Under the pieces are notes generated by a model, which was given only the letters and a program-made list of their open reading frames with translations, had not been told where the DNA came from and did no database searches. Both the position numbers and the translations under genes were made by a program. Shown here piece by piece: positions 20,759-31,245 of a DNA stretch of 64,000 nucleotides. The stretch is from Thecamonas trahens ATCC 50062. Lineage: Eukaryota; Protista; Apusomonadida. Position 1 is the first letter of the stretch. Each line of letters begins with the position of its first letter. The stretch covers positions 248,001 through 312,000 of the forward strand of contig NW_013657671.1 in NCBI RefSeq assembly GCF_000142905.1, in the 5' to 3' direction.

Positions 20759-22306
20759 TCATCGAGCCACGCCCGAGAGCGTGCGAGGCTTCTTGGAGGG
20801 GCGCGAGTGTGTGGCGGTCTCCTCAGACGCGTTCGGGTCCTCGAGCTGATCGAGGTCGCGCGAGCTGCGGGCGCCGCGCTTCCTGTCGGACGACGACGAG
20901 ACGACAATGACCTCGCGTGACGACTTGCGCATGCGAGAACGGGAGCGCATGGCGGCGGAGGAGAGGGATGTCGACGAGGACGAGCGCTTGCGCTTTGACG
21001 ACGTCGCCGTAGCCGACTTCTGCGAGACGAGGAGCATGTCAAACTCCGAGGTGCGGCGGTGGGAGGAGCGCGAGGCCGCGAGCTCAAACGAGGTCGGCGA
21101 GGCGATGGCGGCAAAAACCTGGCTCAGCAGGCGGCGGTACTTTTCAGGATGCGTTCGGACATCGGCAAAGTAAACATGCTTCTTGAGTTCGTTGGCGGAG
21201 ATCCGCGACTCGGGGTTGTACGTGAGCATGGCCTCCAGGACGTCAAATTCGAGGCGGCCGGCGTGCGGCTTGATCTTGCGCCACAGGCACGACGGCAGCG
21301 GTCGCATCGAGTGCATCGGCTGGAGCCTCAGCAGCGGCGCGTAGATGAGAGAGGCCTCCGACGCGGTCCACGGCAGCTTGACAAGGTCGGGCCAGTCGGA
21401 AGTGTCGGGCGTACCGAGAATGTCGACAATGTTCGAGATGAGAACCTCCTCAGTCTTGGCCCGGAAGAGCGGCGTGCCCAGAATGAGCTGCGCCATGGTA
21501 CACCCAAGGGCCCACACGTCGATCTTGGGAGTGTAGTGCTGGAAGCGGAGGACAAGCTCCGGCGCGCGGTACCAGAGCGAGACAAGCCGCTGGCGCGCGC
21601 GATCGTACACGTCGTATCCATGCGCAATCGGGATACGCTTGGCAAGGCCAAAGTCCGAGACCTTGACCCCGCCCGAAGCAAAGGCCAGCGCGTTGGCCGG
21701 CTTGATGTCGCAGTGCACAATCCGCCGCTCGTGGCACGTGCTCAGCGCACACGCCAGAGCGTAGACTATCCCGCGGATGGTGTCCTCCACTACAGACTGG
21801 GAGAGCAACGCGCGCACAGGCGAGTTGAGTGAGAACGTGGTGCGGAACGACTCGAGATCGAACATGGCCAGCTCGCACGCCATAAATACATTGGCCGGAG
21901 GGAGACCGCCCGGCACAGCCGCCGGCTTGAGCGGGACCAGCACGTCGTAGAGGCCCAGCACGTTGGGCGACTGTGCCTCGATCAAAAACTCCAGCTCGCG
22001 CACAAGAACGGAAGGCAGCGTCTTCTTGCCCAGCAGCGAGTCACGCTCGCGGTCGGACCACTTGGAGCTCTTGAAGTGCTTTAGTGCCACGTTGATCCCT
22101 GACGCCCGATGCGTCGCAGTGTACACAACGCCAAAGGTGCCCGAGCCGACCTTGCGGCCCAGCCGGTACACAGCCGTCAGCGACGGATGCGCCTTCCACA
22201 GCGTAAGGTCCCTTGTCACAAACCGGTACGAAGCGCCTGCCCGCACAAGCTGATGCGCCTGGTTCAGCAGCTCCTTCTCGTCGTCGGACGACGACAGCAA
22301 CGCCAT
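20759..22306 (-). CDS. CMGC / CDK-like Ser/Thr kinase (non-RD, HCD)
   Basis: GSGTFGVV, VALK, PSVLVRE (PSTAIRE-like), HCDIKPAN, DFG, LWYRAPE, DVWALGC. Ser/Arg-rich tail. Confidence 0.85.
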   Translation of the reverse strand: MALLSSSDDEKELLNQAHQLVRAGASYRFVTRDLTLWKAHPSLTAVYRLGRKVGSGTFGVVYTATHRASGINVALKHFKSSKWSDRERDSLLGKKTLPSVLVRELEFLIEAQSPNVLGLYDVLVPLKPAAVPGGLPPANVFMACELAMFDLESFRTTFSLNSPVRALLSQSVVEDTIRGIVYALACALSTCHERRIVHCDIKPANALAFASGGVKVSDFGLAKRIPIAHGYDVYDRARQRLVSLWYRAPELVLRFQHYTPKIDVWALGCTMAQLILGTPLFRAKTEEVLISNIVDILGTPDTSDWPDLVKLPWTASEASLIYAPLLRLQPMHSMRPLPSCLWRKIKPHAGRLEFDVLEAMLTYNPESRISANELKKHVYFADVRTHPEKYRRLLSQVFAAIASPTSFELAASRSSHRRTSEFDMLLVSQKSATATSSKRKRSSSSTSLSSAAMRSRSRMRKSSREVIVVSSSSDRKRGARSSRDLDQLEDPNASEETATHSRPSKKPRTLSGVAR

Positions 22307-23674
22307 GATCTCACCACCGACGCAGCTCACACGCACGCTCTCGGGAAAGCTTCTGCTTACTCACGCACAGTATGTGCGGCGGTAGGTGGGGGAGGGAAAG
22401 TCTTCTTGGAAGCGTAGAGAGGTGTCTTTCTCCTCACTCCCCTCCCCCCTCCTTACAAGCCCCACCAGCAAAGCCTCTCCTTCCCCTCCACCCTCACCAC
22501 CTTCTGACGACACGCCACGAACGATTTCCGTCCAAACCCAACCCACGAATTTTTTGCACCCATTCTTGAACCACATCGATTGAGCTCGAGAACCCAGCAC
22601 CAGCTCGCTCACAAGCTGCGCTGCTCTGCTCTGCACATGACGTACCGGCCTCCATGCGGATCCTCACACAGCGCATCGCCGAATAGCTATCCGCTCCTGG
22701 TGCCGGCTACCTTTGACCCTATACACATCTCAGACCCACAATCACACTTGATCTTGGAGATTCTCGCCACGGCTGAAGCCTCTCTAGCGGCGGCAGAAGC
22801 TTGGCGGGGCAGGCGATGGCTAGCCTGACGCGCTCCGGCCCGACTCTTGTCAATTTATCCTTGCACATGCATGCCTGAGCATAGTTTTTTCTCCGCCACC
22901 CTCCGGTCTCATCCAAAGTGGCTGCTTAGCTAGAGAGCTATTTTGGACCACATTTCTTCTCTCGTTCACATATTCCTCCGCACCGCAACCCGCCACCACT
23001 CACCANNNNNNNNNNNNNNNNNNNNNNNNNNNNNNNNNNNNNNNNNNNNNNNNNNNNNNNNNNNNNNNNNNNNNNNNNNNNNNNNNNNNNNNNNNNNNNN
23101 NNNNNNNNNNNNNNNNNNNNNNNNNNNNNNNNNNNNNNNNNNNNNNNNNNNNNNNNNNNNNNNNNNNNNNNNNNNNNNNNNNNNNNNNNNNNNNNNNNNN
23201 NNNNNNNNNNNNNNNNNNNNNNNNNNNNNNNNNNNNNNNNNNNNNNNNNNNNNNNNNNNNNNNNNNNNNNNNNNNNNNNNNNNNNNNNNNNNNNNNNNNN
23301 NNNNNNNNNNNNNNNNNNNNNNNNNNNNNNNNNNNNNNNNNNNNNNNNNNNNNNNNNNNNNNNNNNNNNNNNNNNNNNNNNNNNNNNNNNNNNNNNNNNN
23401 NNNNNNNNNNNNNNNNNNNNNNNNNNNNNNNNNNNNNNNNNNNNNNNNNNNNNNNNNNNNNNNNNNNNNNNNNNNNNNNNNNNNNNNNNNNNNNNNNNNN
23501 NNNNNNNNNNNNNNNNNNNNNNNCCCTCCTTTAATATAAAAAAAACCACCGCAACGCTTCCTCCTTCCCCCCCACCCACACACACACTCATTGCCTCCCT
23601 CCACAACCGACCACTCACATACACACACACACACACGCAATCTTTCACACTCTCTTTCTTGCGCATCATTGCCA

Positions 23675-26600
23675 ATGCCTGGTGCACGTGTTCGCCTGCG
23701 AGCTTGCTTTGCAAGCCAACCCTGGCTCGTCGCCTTGGTCATACTCGGCCTCGTCACCCTTGCCACCCTCTCACAGTACGTCCCCTCCTCCCCCCCCTCC
23801 CCCCCCTTTCCCCTACCCCTACCCTCCCCCCTCCCGGCACTCTCTCTCTCTCTCACCCTCGCCTCCCAGAGCCAACGTCGTCGTCCATCGCCAGCTCGTT
23901 GCCACCAGCGGCGACGACGCTGCGGAACGGTCCGATGGCTTTGTGACGACCGTAGATACCACCTTTGTCTTCTCCAAGACCTCGACGGCTTGGGTTGGCG
24001 TCCAGTTTGCCCTGCCGCTGCGTGCGGATGCCAAGGTGGCCGACTTTCGTCTCGCCTTTACCTCAGTGGCACCGGCTGCGGCCTCTGGCCCGTGCTCGGT
24101 CACCATCTATGTCGAGGACTCTGCCAACCCAGCCGCCTTTGCGCACGGCTCAATGGGAACGCTAGGCGGGCGCTCTCGTGCTACCCCGTCGGTGGTCTGG
24201 AACCTGCCGACAGTGGCCGCCGACGATGCTGGGCGCGTCGGCCTGCCGGCCACGACCTCGCCGGACCTCACCCCACTCGTCGAGCACGCTCTGAGCCTCG
24301 CGGGCTGGTCGTACAACTCGCGGATCTCGTTTCTGATCTCGATTTCGTCCACTTCGTGTGATCCTGCCGCAAGCGGTGCGAGGACCCTGGTTGCCCGCGG
24401 CTCGACAAACCCATCGTGGTACTCGCACCGCGCGGCGCCGATGGCCATCTTTAAGCACATGTGCCTCTCGTGCGAGCCGAGCTTGACCTTCCCGCCGCCA
24501 TTTCCTCGCCCACCGTTCACCTCAACAACATCTACTTTCCGGCGTTGACACGCAAAGTTGCCGTCAACGACGTTGGCGCCACCCACACCGTCTACGCTCC
24601 GATGGCCTCGTCGCCACTTGACGCCGCGTACGAGACCCTTGCCACGTCGGCGCTCGGCTCACTCGGTACTGTTCTTGCGCCCTCCAACGTCGCCACGTCT
24701 TCGTCGTACGGCACCCCCTAGGCCACGCGCGCGCGCCCGACCATACCTACGTCCCTGTCGCCACCCGGCTCGCCTTCCATTCGCTGGGCACCGTTCCGGG
24801 CGCGCACTTTATCACTCTCGATCTGGTGGCCTCGTCGTCAAACGCCACGGCCAACTTCAACCCGCTCAGCCTCCGGCTTCGTGCCGAGCACGCCTCGTCG
24901 GCGCTTTCTCCCCTCGCCCCGGCGCCGTCGCCGCTTGACATCACCTCGCGCCCGGTCGCTCCCGTGAGCGTGTTCTGGACTCTGCCGTCGAGCTGGTCCT
25001 CAGATGATCCCATCACCTCACCTTCGCTTGTTTCTCTGGCTCACCAGGCCGATGTTGTTGCCTCACCGACTTGGCACGTCGACAACCCGCTCGCCCTCGT
25101 TGTGGAAGGCTCCGGCGCACGTATGGTCCATGGCCCAGGCACGCCGTCGTTCCATCCGTATCTCGCCGGTGAGGCCGTTATTGGCACCTCACTGCCCAAG
25201 CTCTTCATTAATGCCACCGGCGGCACTGTGACCCTCGCCACCACCGCTGGCCTCGCCTTTTCTATTGGCGATGGTGTCGGCGACTACGAGCTCGAGGCTA
25301 CTGGCAAGCCCGCTTCCATCAACGCCGCCCTCAACAACTTTTACTACAACCCGACTCGCCCGGCATGGATCCGACAAACGTCTCCATTTGCTACACCTAC
25401 TCGCGTGATGTCGTCGCCTCGGCTGTTGGCTGGTTCTCGCAACTCAACTTTGACTCGACGCTACCGCCGCTCTTTGCCGACGCCAAGGCCGGGAGCGCCG
25501 GCGCCGTCGCCGCCGGTGCACCTCAGGTCGTCTTTGACGCCACTGCGCCGTTCTACTCGGCCTGGGGCGACGGCATCTTCCGTGGCACTCTCCGCCTCAA
25601 CGCCACTGCTGGTGACGCTGGCTCGCTCGACGCACCCCTCTACGCTGCCCCGCACCACGACCTCTCGCTGGCGCTGTGGGTGGCGACACCAGCTGCTGCC
25701 GGGCCGCACACCACCACCACTCCGGTCATCATTGCCCGCGGCCCGCTGCCAGCCGTCGTCTCTGCGCCAGCGTTTGCGCTCACCCTTGACACCGTCGCAG
25801 GCACCGCAGTCTTCACCGTCTCGGATGGGGCTTCATCATCGCCGATCTCTGCTTCGGTCTTGGTGGATGTCTCGAGCCAACTTGCGTCCGGCACTTGGTT
25901 CCATCTTGTCGCCATGTATGACGCCTCCTTCTCTGAACTCGTGCTCTACCTCGATGGCGTGCGCGCGCCGACTCCGCTTGGCAGTGTGACCCTGCCTGCC
26001 ACCTTTGCGGCCAACGTTGTGGCTGCCGGCGGGTTCGGCCCCGGACCCACCACACTGGGTGGCTCGTTCTCGGGCTGGCTCGGCGACGTCCGCGCCTACT
26101 CGGTCCCGCTCACGCCGCAGCAAGTCTCGCTGCTTGTCGCCTTTGAGGCCGGTTTTGTTCGATCCGGATGCACCCACCTGGTGGTCGCGCCTGCCCCGCC
26201 GCCGTCGCCGCCGCCGTCGCCGCCTCCGCCGTTTGCTCCGCCGTCCCCGCCGGCCTTTGCTGGCCACTCGCCGGCAGGCAGGCTCATCCTCAATCCGCCC
26301 GCTACTGCCGACGACGTTGTTGAAGTTATCTCTACCGCCAGCCTCCGATCTTCGACCGAGACAACTCTCACTGTCGACCCCGACGCTATGGCTGCCGTCC
26401 GCTTCGCCGTCCCCATCCCGCATGGGGCACGCATCGCCGCCGCCCACTTGATCCTCCGTCCGAACACGGTCGTACCGCAGACCTCGATCACCAACATCAC
26501 TATCTCGGCCGAAAGCATCCGAGACGCCCCGCAGCTCACGAGTGCGTCCATGCTCTTTACGCGGACCTTTTCGCCGACCTCGGTGTTGTGGGACGTCGGC

Positions 26601-29600
26601 CACTTTCTGCCACAGCATCGGCACTTTGCCGTCCCGTCCGTCGGCCGTTCCCCCGACCTCGCTGCCATCCTGCAGGAGCGCGTTGATGACCCACTGTGGA
26701 CCAAGGACTCGCACGTCATGTTCCGGCTCGTAGCCGGTGGCGCTGTCGGCGCCAGCCGCACTTTTTACGGCACCACCACCTCGACGGCCAACAGACACAT
26801 CTATGCGCCGCGCCTTGAGATCGAGTTCCACTGCCATGTTGCAGGCTGCGGACCGACCCTTGTCCCGCCGCCCTCGTCCGCCACTGCCCCCATTGGCACC
26901 ACTCTGACACTGCCCGCCTTTCTGATCTCCGACCCGGACGTGCTCTCGGCCTTTATCGCCCTCCCAGCCAAGTCCGCTGACGATGCGTACGAAGAGACAA
27001 CCGGCGGTGCGTACCCCGGCGACGTCGTCGATACCGGCACCACGCTGCACTTTGGCTACAAGTCTGGCCTCATCTTTTCCCGGCTCGTCTTCCCGGCTGC
27101 TGGCCTGCCGCATGGTGCTCCTGTCCACTCGGCTGCAATCTACGTCGCGGCGGCCACGTCCCGATACGGCACCACGACCGGACTGGTCTACGGCGACGCA
27201 TCGCAGCCGGGGCCGGCTGCGATCGCGGCCGACTTTGACATTTCTAGCCGCCCGCGGACCGCTGCCTCGGTCCCGTTCGGCCCTGCCTCCATGCCATCCA
27301 CTCAAGTCATGTACCCGCTCACCTCGAACATCGGCCCCATCCTCTCCGAGTACACTGCCAAGCCGACATGGGACGAGTCTGCCGATGTCCATGTAATTGT
27401 CGAGGGCACTGGCGGCACCGACTACCGCGTCACATACGCCATGGACCACGCCTACGGCGAACCCATGTACATGCTCGAGGGTGCGTTCGAGGTCACAGGC
27501 CCGTGGTCGTTTACAGTCTCGGTCAGCCATGGCAACGTAGGCCTCACTCCGCTCCCGGCCGGCCTGGTCGTCACCTCTGGCTCGGCCGCGGGTGACGTTC
27601 ACATCGAGGGCTCCGCTCCATTCCATGTCTTGGAGTCGCTTCTTGAAGGCGGAGGCATCACCTACACGCCCCCAGCCTACACCGTTGTTGACGTGGTGTG
27701 CATCAACGTCACGGAACCTCTTCTCGACGACGTTTTTTACCTCGACGCGCGGTTTACCTTTGACCCGGCTGGTCCTGGCGCAGGCCTTGACTCGATCCGC
27801 ACCCAGCCGGTGACTGCCAGCCTTGCAGGCTCGTCAGCGCTGGCCACCTCGGCTGTTGCGCTGCCAGACGCACGCCACTACACGGCTGCGCTTGGCGCGA
27901 GCGGATCGGTTCTGCTTCCTGCGTCGACTGCACCGTGGCTCGCACCCAACGGCTCGGACTGGTCGCTGGCGTTTTGGGCGCTTCTGCCAGCTGGAGCCCC
28001 GCCGCTGCCGTCGGCCCTGGTCTCGTTTGGTCTCGGGCCTGGTGAGCCCGGTATGGAGCTTGTCTCTGTGGCTCCCGACTGGTTGACCTGGGTAGTGCGC
28101 GACGACCAGACTGTCGACCCAGCCCCGCCGCTGGTCAACGTCACCCTGGCGTGGCCGCCGTCGCCATCGCCGACCTGGCACCACTTTGGTATCTCGCTCT
28201 CGCGCAGATTCGCCGAGTTTGCACTTTACATTGACGGTGTTGCTGCTGGAAGTTACGCATGGGACGACAATCTGGACCCTGTGGGCACCCAGCCGGTGAC
28301 TGCCAGCCTTGCAGGCTCGGCAGCGCTGGCCACCTCGGCTGTTGCGCTGATGTGCGGATCTACACTGATGCGCTCGGCGCGTTCAACTTTGCCCAAATGG
28401 CCAGTCTCGCGCCGGGCCCAAAGTTTCGGCGTGTGTCGACGTTGTGGTCACCCCGCCGCCGCCGCCGCCGCCATCGCCGCCGCCGCCATCGCCACCGCCG
28501 CCATCACCGCCTCCTCCATCGCCGCCGTCGCCTCCTCCTCCCTCGCCACCGCCGCCATCGCCGCCGCCGCTTCCGCCGCCATCGCCGCCCGCGCCACCCG
28601 CGCCACCCGTACCGTCTGCCTGTGAGTCGAACGTGCGCGATTGTGCCGGTCACTGCAACGGCTTTGCCGTCGTCGACGATTGTGGCGTGTGCTCAGGCGG
28701 GCAGACCGGGCTCGTCCCTAACGCCGACAAGGACCACTGCGGTGTGTGCTTTGGTGGCAACGCCGACAAGGACGACTGTGGTGTTTGCCGCGGCGGTAAT
28801 GCAGGCAAGGACGTCTGCGGTGTGTGCTGGGGCGATGGCTCGTCCTGTGCTGGCTGTGACGGTGCGCCGTTTTCGGGCCAGGTCTTTGACGTGTGCGGCG
28901 TGTGCGGCGGCGATGGGACCAGCTGCCTCGGCTGCAACGGCCTTCCCATGTCTGCAGGTGGCCGGACCATCGACACGTGTGGCGTGTGCGGTGGGCCACA
29001 CATTGCGCCCGGATCTTGCGCTACAACATGTGCTGCTGGTGCCTACCATGACTGTGCAGGAGTGTGCGGTGGCAGCGCTCTCGTCGATCTGTGTGGTGTC
29101 TGCTGGAGTGCCACAGACTACGTGGCCAACGCCAACATGCACATGGACGACTGTGGCGTGTGCTTTGGCAACAACACTGCGAAGGACGACTGCGGTGTGT
29201 GCGGTGGGACCAACGCCGACAAGGATAGTTGCGGCGTGTGCGGCGGCAACAATGCCGCTCGCGATGCGTGCGGCATCTGCTACGGCTTCAACTACTCGGT
29301 CGATGCCTGTGGTCTATGCTTTGGTGAGTCGCGAACGTGTCTCGGCTGCGACGGAGTGCCCAACTCGGGCAAGGTCTTTGACCCATGCGGCGCTTGTGGT
29401 GGTGCATGCCTGGCAGCGACCAGCACGTCTCCGGTCCGCACCAAGTCGAGCACCGGGTTGACGGTCGGCGTCATTGCCGCGTCGGCGACCGCGCTCTGCC
29501 TCTTTCTTGTTGTTGCTGCCCTCGTCGGCATTATGCTGCGGATGCGGTCGTCGCAGCCGATTGCCGAAGAACGGATGCGGCGCGCTGAAGTCAAGGAGAT

Positions 29601-31179
29601 CATCGATGAGAACCGGTTTACCGAGACCGCGAACGGACGGGCACCGACCGGAAACGTCACCTTTATTTTCACCCGCATTGCCGAGAACACCGCCCTGTGG
29701 GAGCTCTATCCTGAAGTCATGGAGCTGCTACTGGTGGCCCACTCGGACATTGTGCGTGGCATCCTCACCGAGTTTCCGGCTGGCTACGAGGTCAAGCTCG
29801 AAGCCGACGCCTTTATGCTCGCCTTTGCCGATCCACTTTCAGCCCTCGAGTTTGCCTGCCGCACCTCGGTCGAGTTGCGGACGTACCAGTGGAAGGAACA
29901 CGTCGAGGCAAAGGGTGTAGTCTGGCCGCGAACGTCGTCGCTCAACGAGAAGACCGAGTTCCTCAACCTGCATGTCTCGATGGGTGTCCATGGTGGCAAC
30001 GTGCTATCGACCGTCGACGAGCGGACCCAGCGCATGGACTACTATGGCACGGTTGTCAACCGCGCTGCTCGCATCTCGGCCTACGACACCAGCAACGGCG
30101 CCATCACCATCTCCGAGTACTCGCTCAACATGGCCCGCGCCATCGACGCCGCACGCACCGAGGCTGTGGCTCGGTTCCGCTGCGAGGGTGAGAAGGCTTT
30201 CAAGGGCATCGAGGATGCCATCATGATCTACGCCGTCATTCCGCACAACGCGCCAGGATCGACAGAGATGTCAGTTTCGCCGCGCGACATCGCTGTTGCA
30301 CCTTCCGATGCCGACCACGGCGACGACCCAGACGACGCCATCGAAGCCGCGACGTCAGCCCGCGGCCCGCGGCCGACGTCAAAGTCGTCCAAATCCGACG
30401 ACGTTGTCGGTATTGTCCACGCCCAGCGGGCAGCGTCGCGGGCATCGCTCTCGCGAGCGTCGGCAGCCCGCATGCAAAAGGTGCGATCCGGAGTTGGCTC
30501 GCGGTCGGGGCGGGCGGCGCGGGTCCTGCGGTCTCGGGCTGCCGCCTCACGGGCGCGGCCCGTCCGTAAGCTCTCGGCCCACTCGCTCGACAACGAGCAG
30601 CGCAACGGCGTGTCCGATGATGACGAGATCGAAGGGCAGCGTGCGGCCACCGCGCGGCCCGGCACCTCGGTCCTTGTCTCGTCAGCCTCCCTCACCGACA
30701 TCGAACCCGTTCGCCCGCGTGCACTCTCGCGCGTCGGTTCGCGGCGCCTGGCGGCCTCGCCGTCGCAACGGTCGCGCACCGGCTCGCGCACCCGCCCAAC
30801 GGTCGGCTCACGGGTTGGCTCAGTCAGGCGCAATCGGCCCGCGTCCAAGTCGGTCGAGCGGACTAGTTCCAAGGGCAGTCCGCGAAGCCGCCCAGATTCG
30901 CGCTCGCTTGGCGCCACAGACTCACAGTCACGCTCCAGGTCGCGATCAAAGTCGCGCTCCCGCACCGACGCCCGGTCGGCGCTCCTTGCTCGGCTTACCT
31001 CGCCGCCGTCTTCGGCGAGGCGCAGCTCTGACGATCGACTCAACAGGTCGGGCGGTACGCTGGCTCTTCCCGAGGAGCGCATGGTGCGTGCGGGCTCGAT
31101 CGATACCTTGGCCTCGCCCATGGCCTCTCGCTTCACGCCCATCTTGGACCGCTCGGCCTCAACACAGGCCTTGTCGTAG
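23675..31179 (+). CDS. Giant single-pass receptor: signal peptide, four repeated extracellular modules, two LamG-like domains, Pro-rich linkers, CxxC repeats, TM, class III nucleotide cyclase domain, S/R-rich tail (intron 23776-23869; five apparent frameshifts)
   Basis: Continuous coding sense across ORFs 23682, 24461, 24826, 25365, 28259 and 28444. LamG motifs WFHLVAMY..LYLDG..GDVRAY and WHHFGI..LYIDG..DVRIY. TM at about 29455-29545. Cyclase motifs GYEVKLEADAFMLAF and DYYGTVVNRAARI. Confidence 0.8.
28621..29410 (+). repeat. Tandem Cys-rich DxCGVCGG protein repeats
   Basis: About 15 CxxC units with roughly 13-aa periodicity in the translation. Confidence 0.9.
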
Positions 31180-31245
31180 CAGACTTACTCACCAAGGAGA
31201 GTGAATGCTGATGATCAAGGGGGACACCTTTTAGGGGCTGGGCAA

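Noticed and set aside
25836-27626. 596-aa minus-strand ORF
   Set aside because: Antisense shadow of the receptor ectodomain, with no recognisable motifs.
23675-31179. Receptor cyclase as a pseudogene
   Set aside because: The frame breaks share the same single-base homopolymer signature seen in conserved genes here, and there are no nonsense substitutions in the reconstructed frame.
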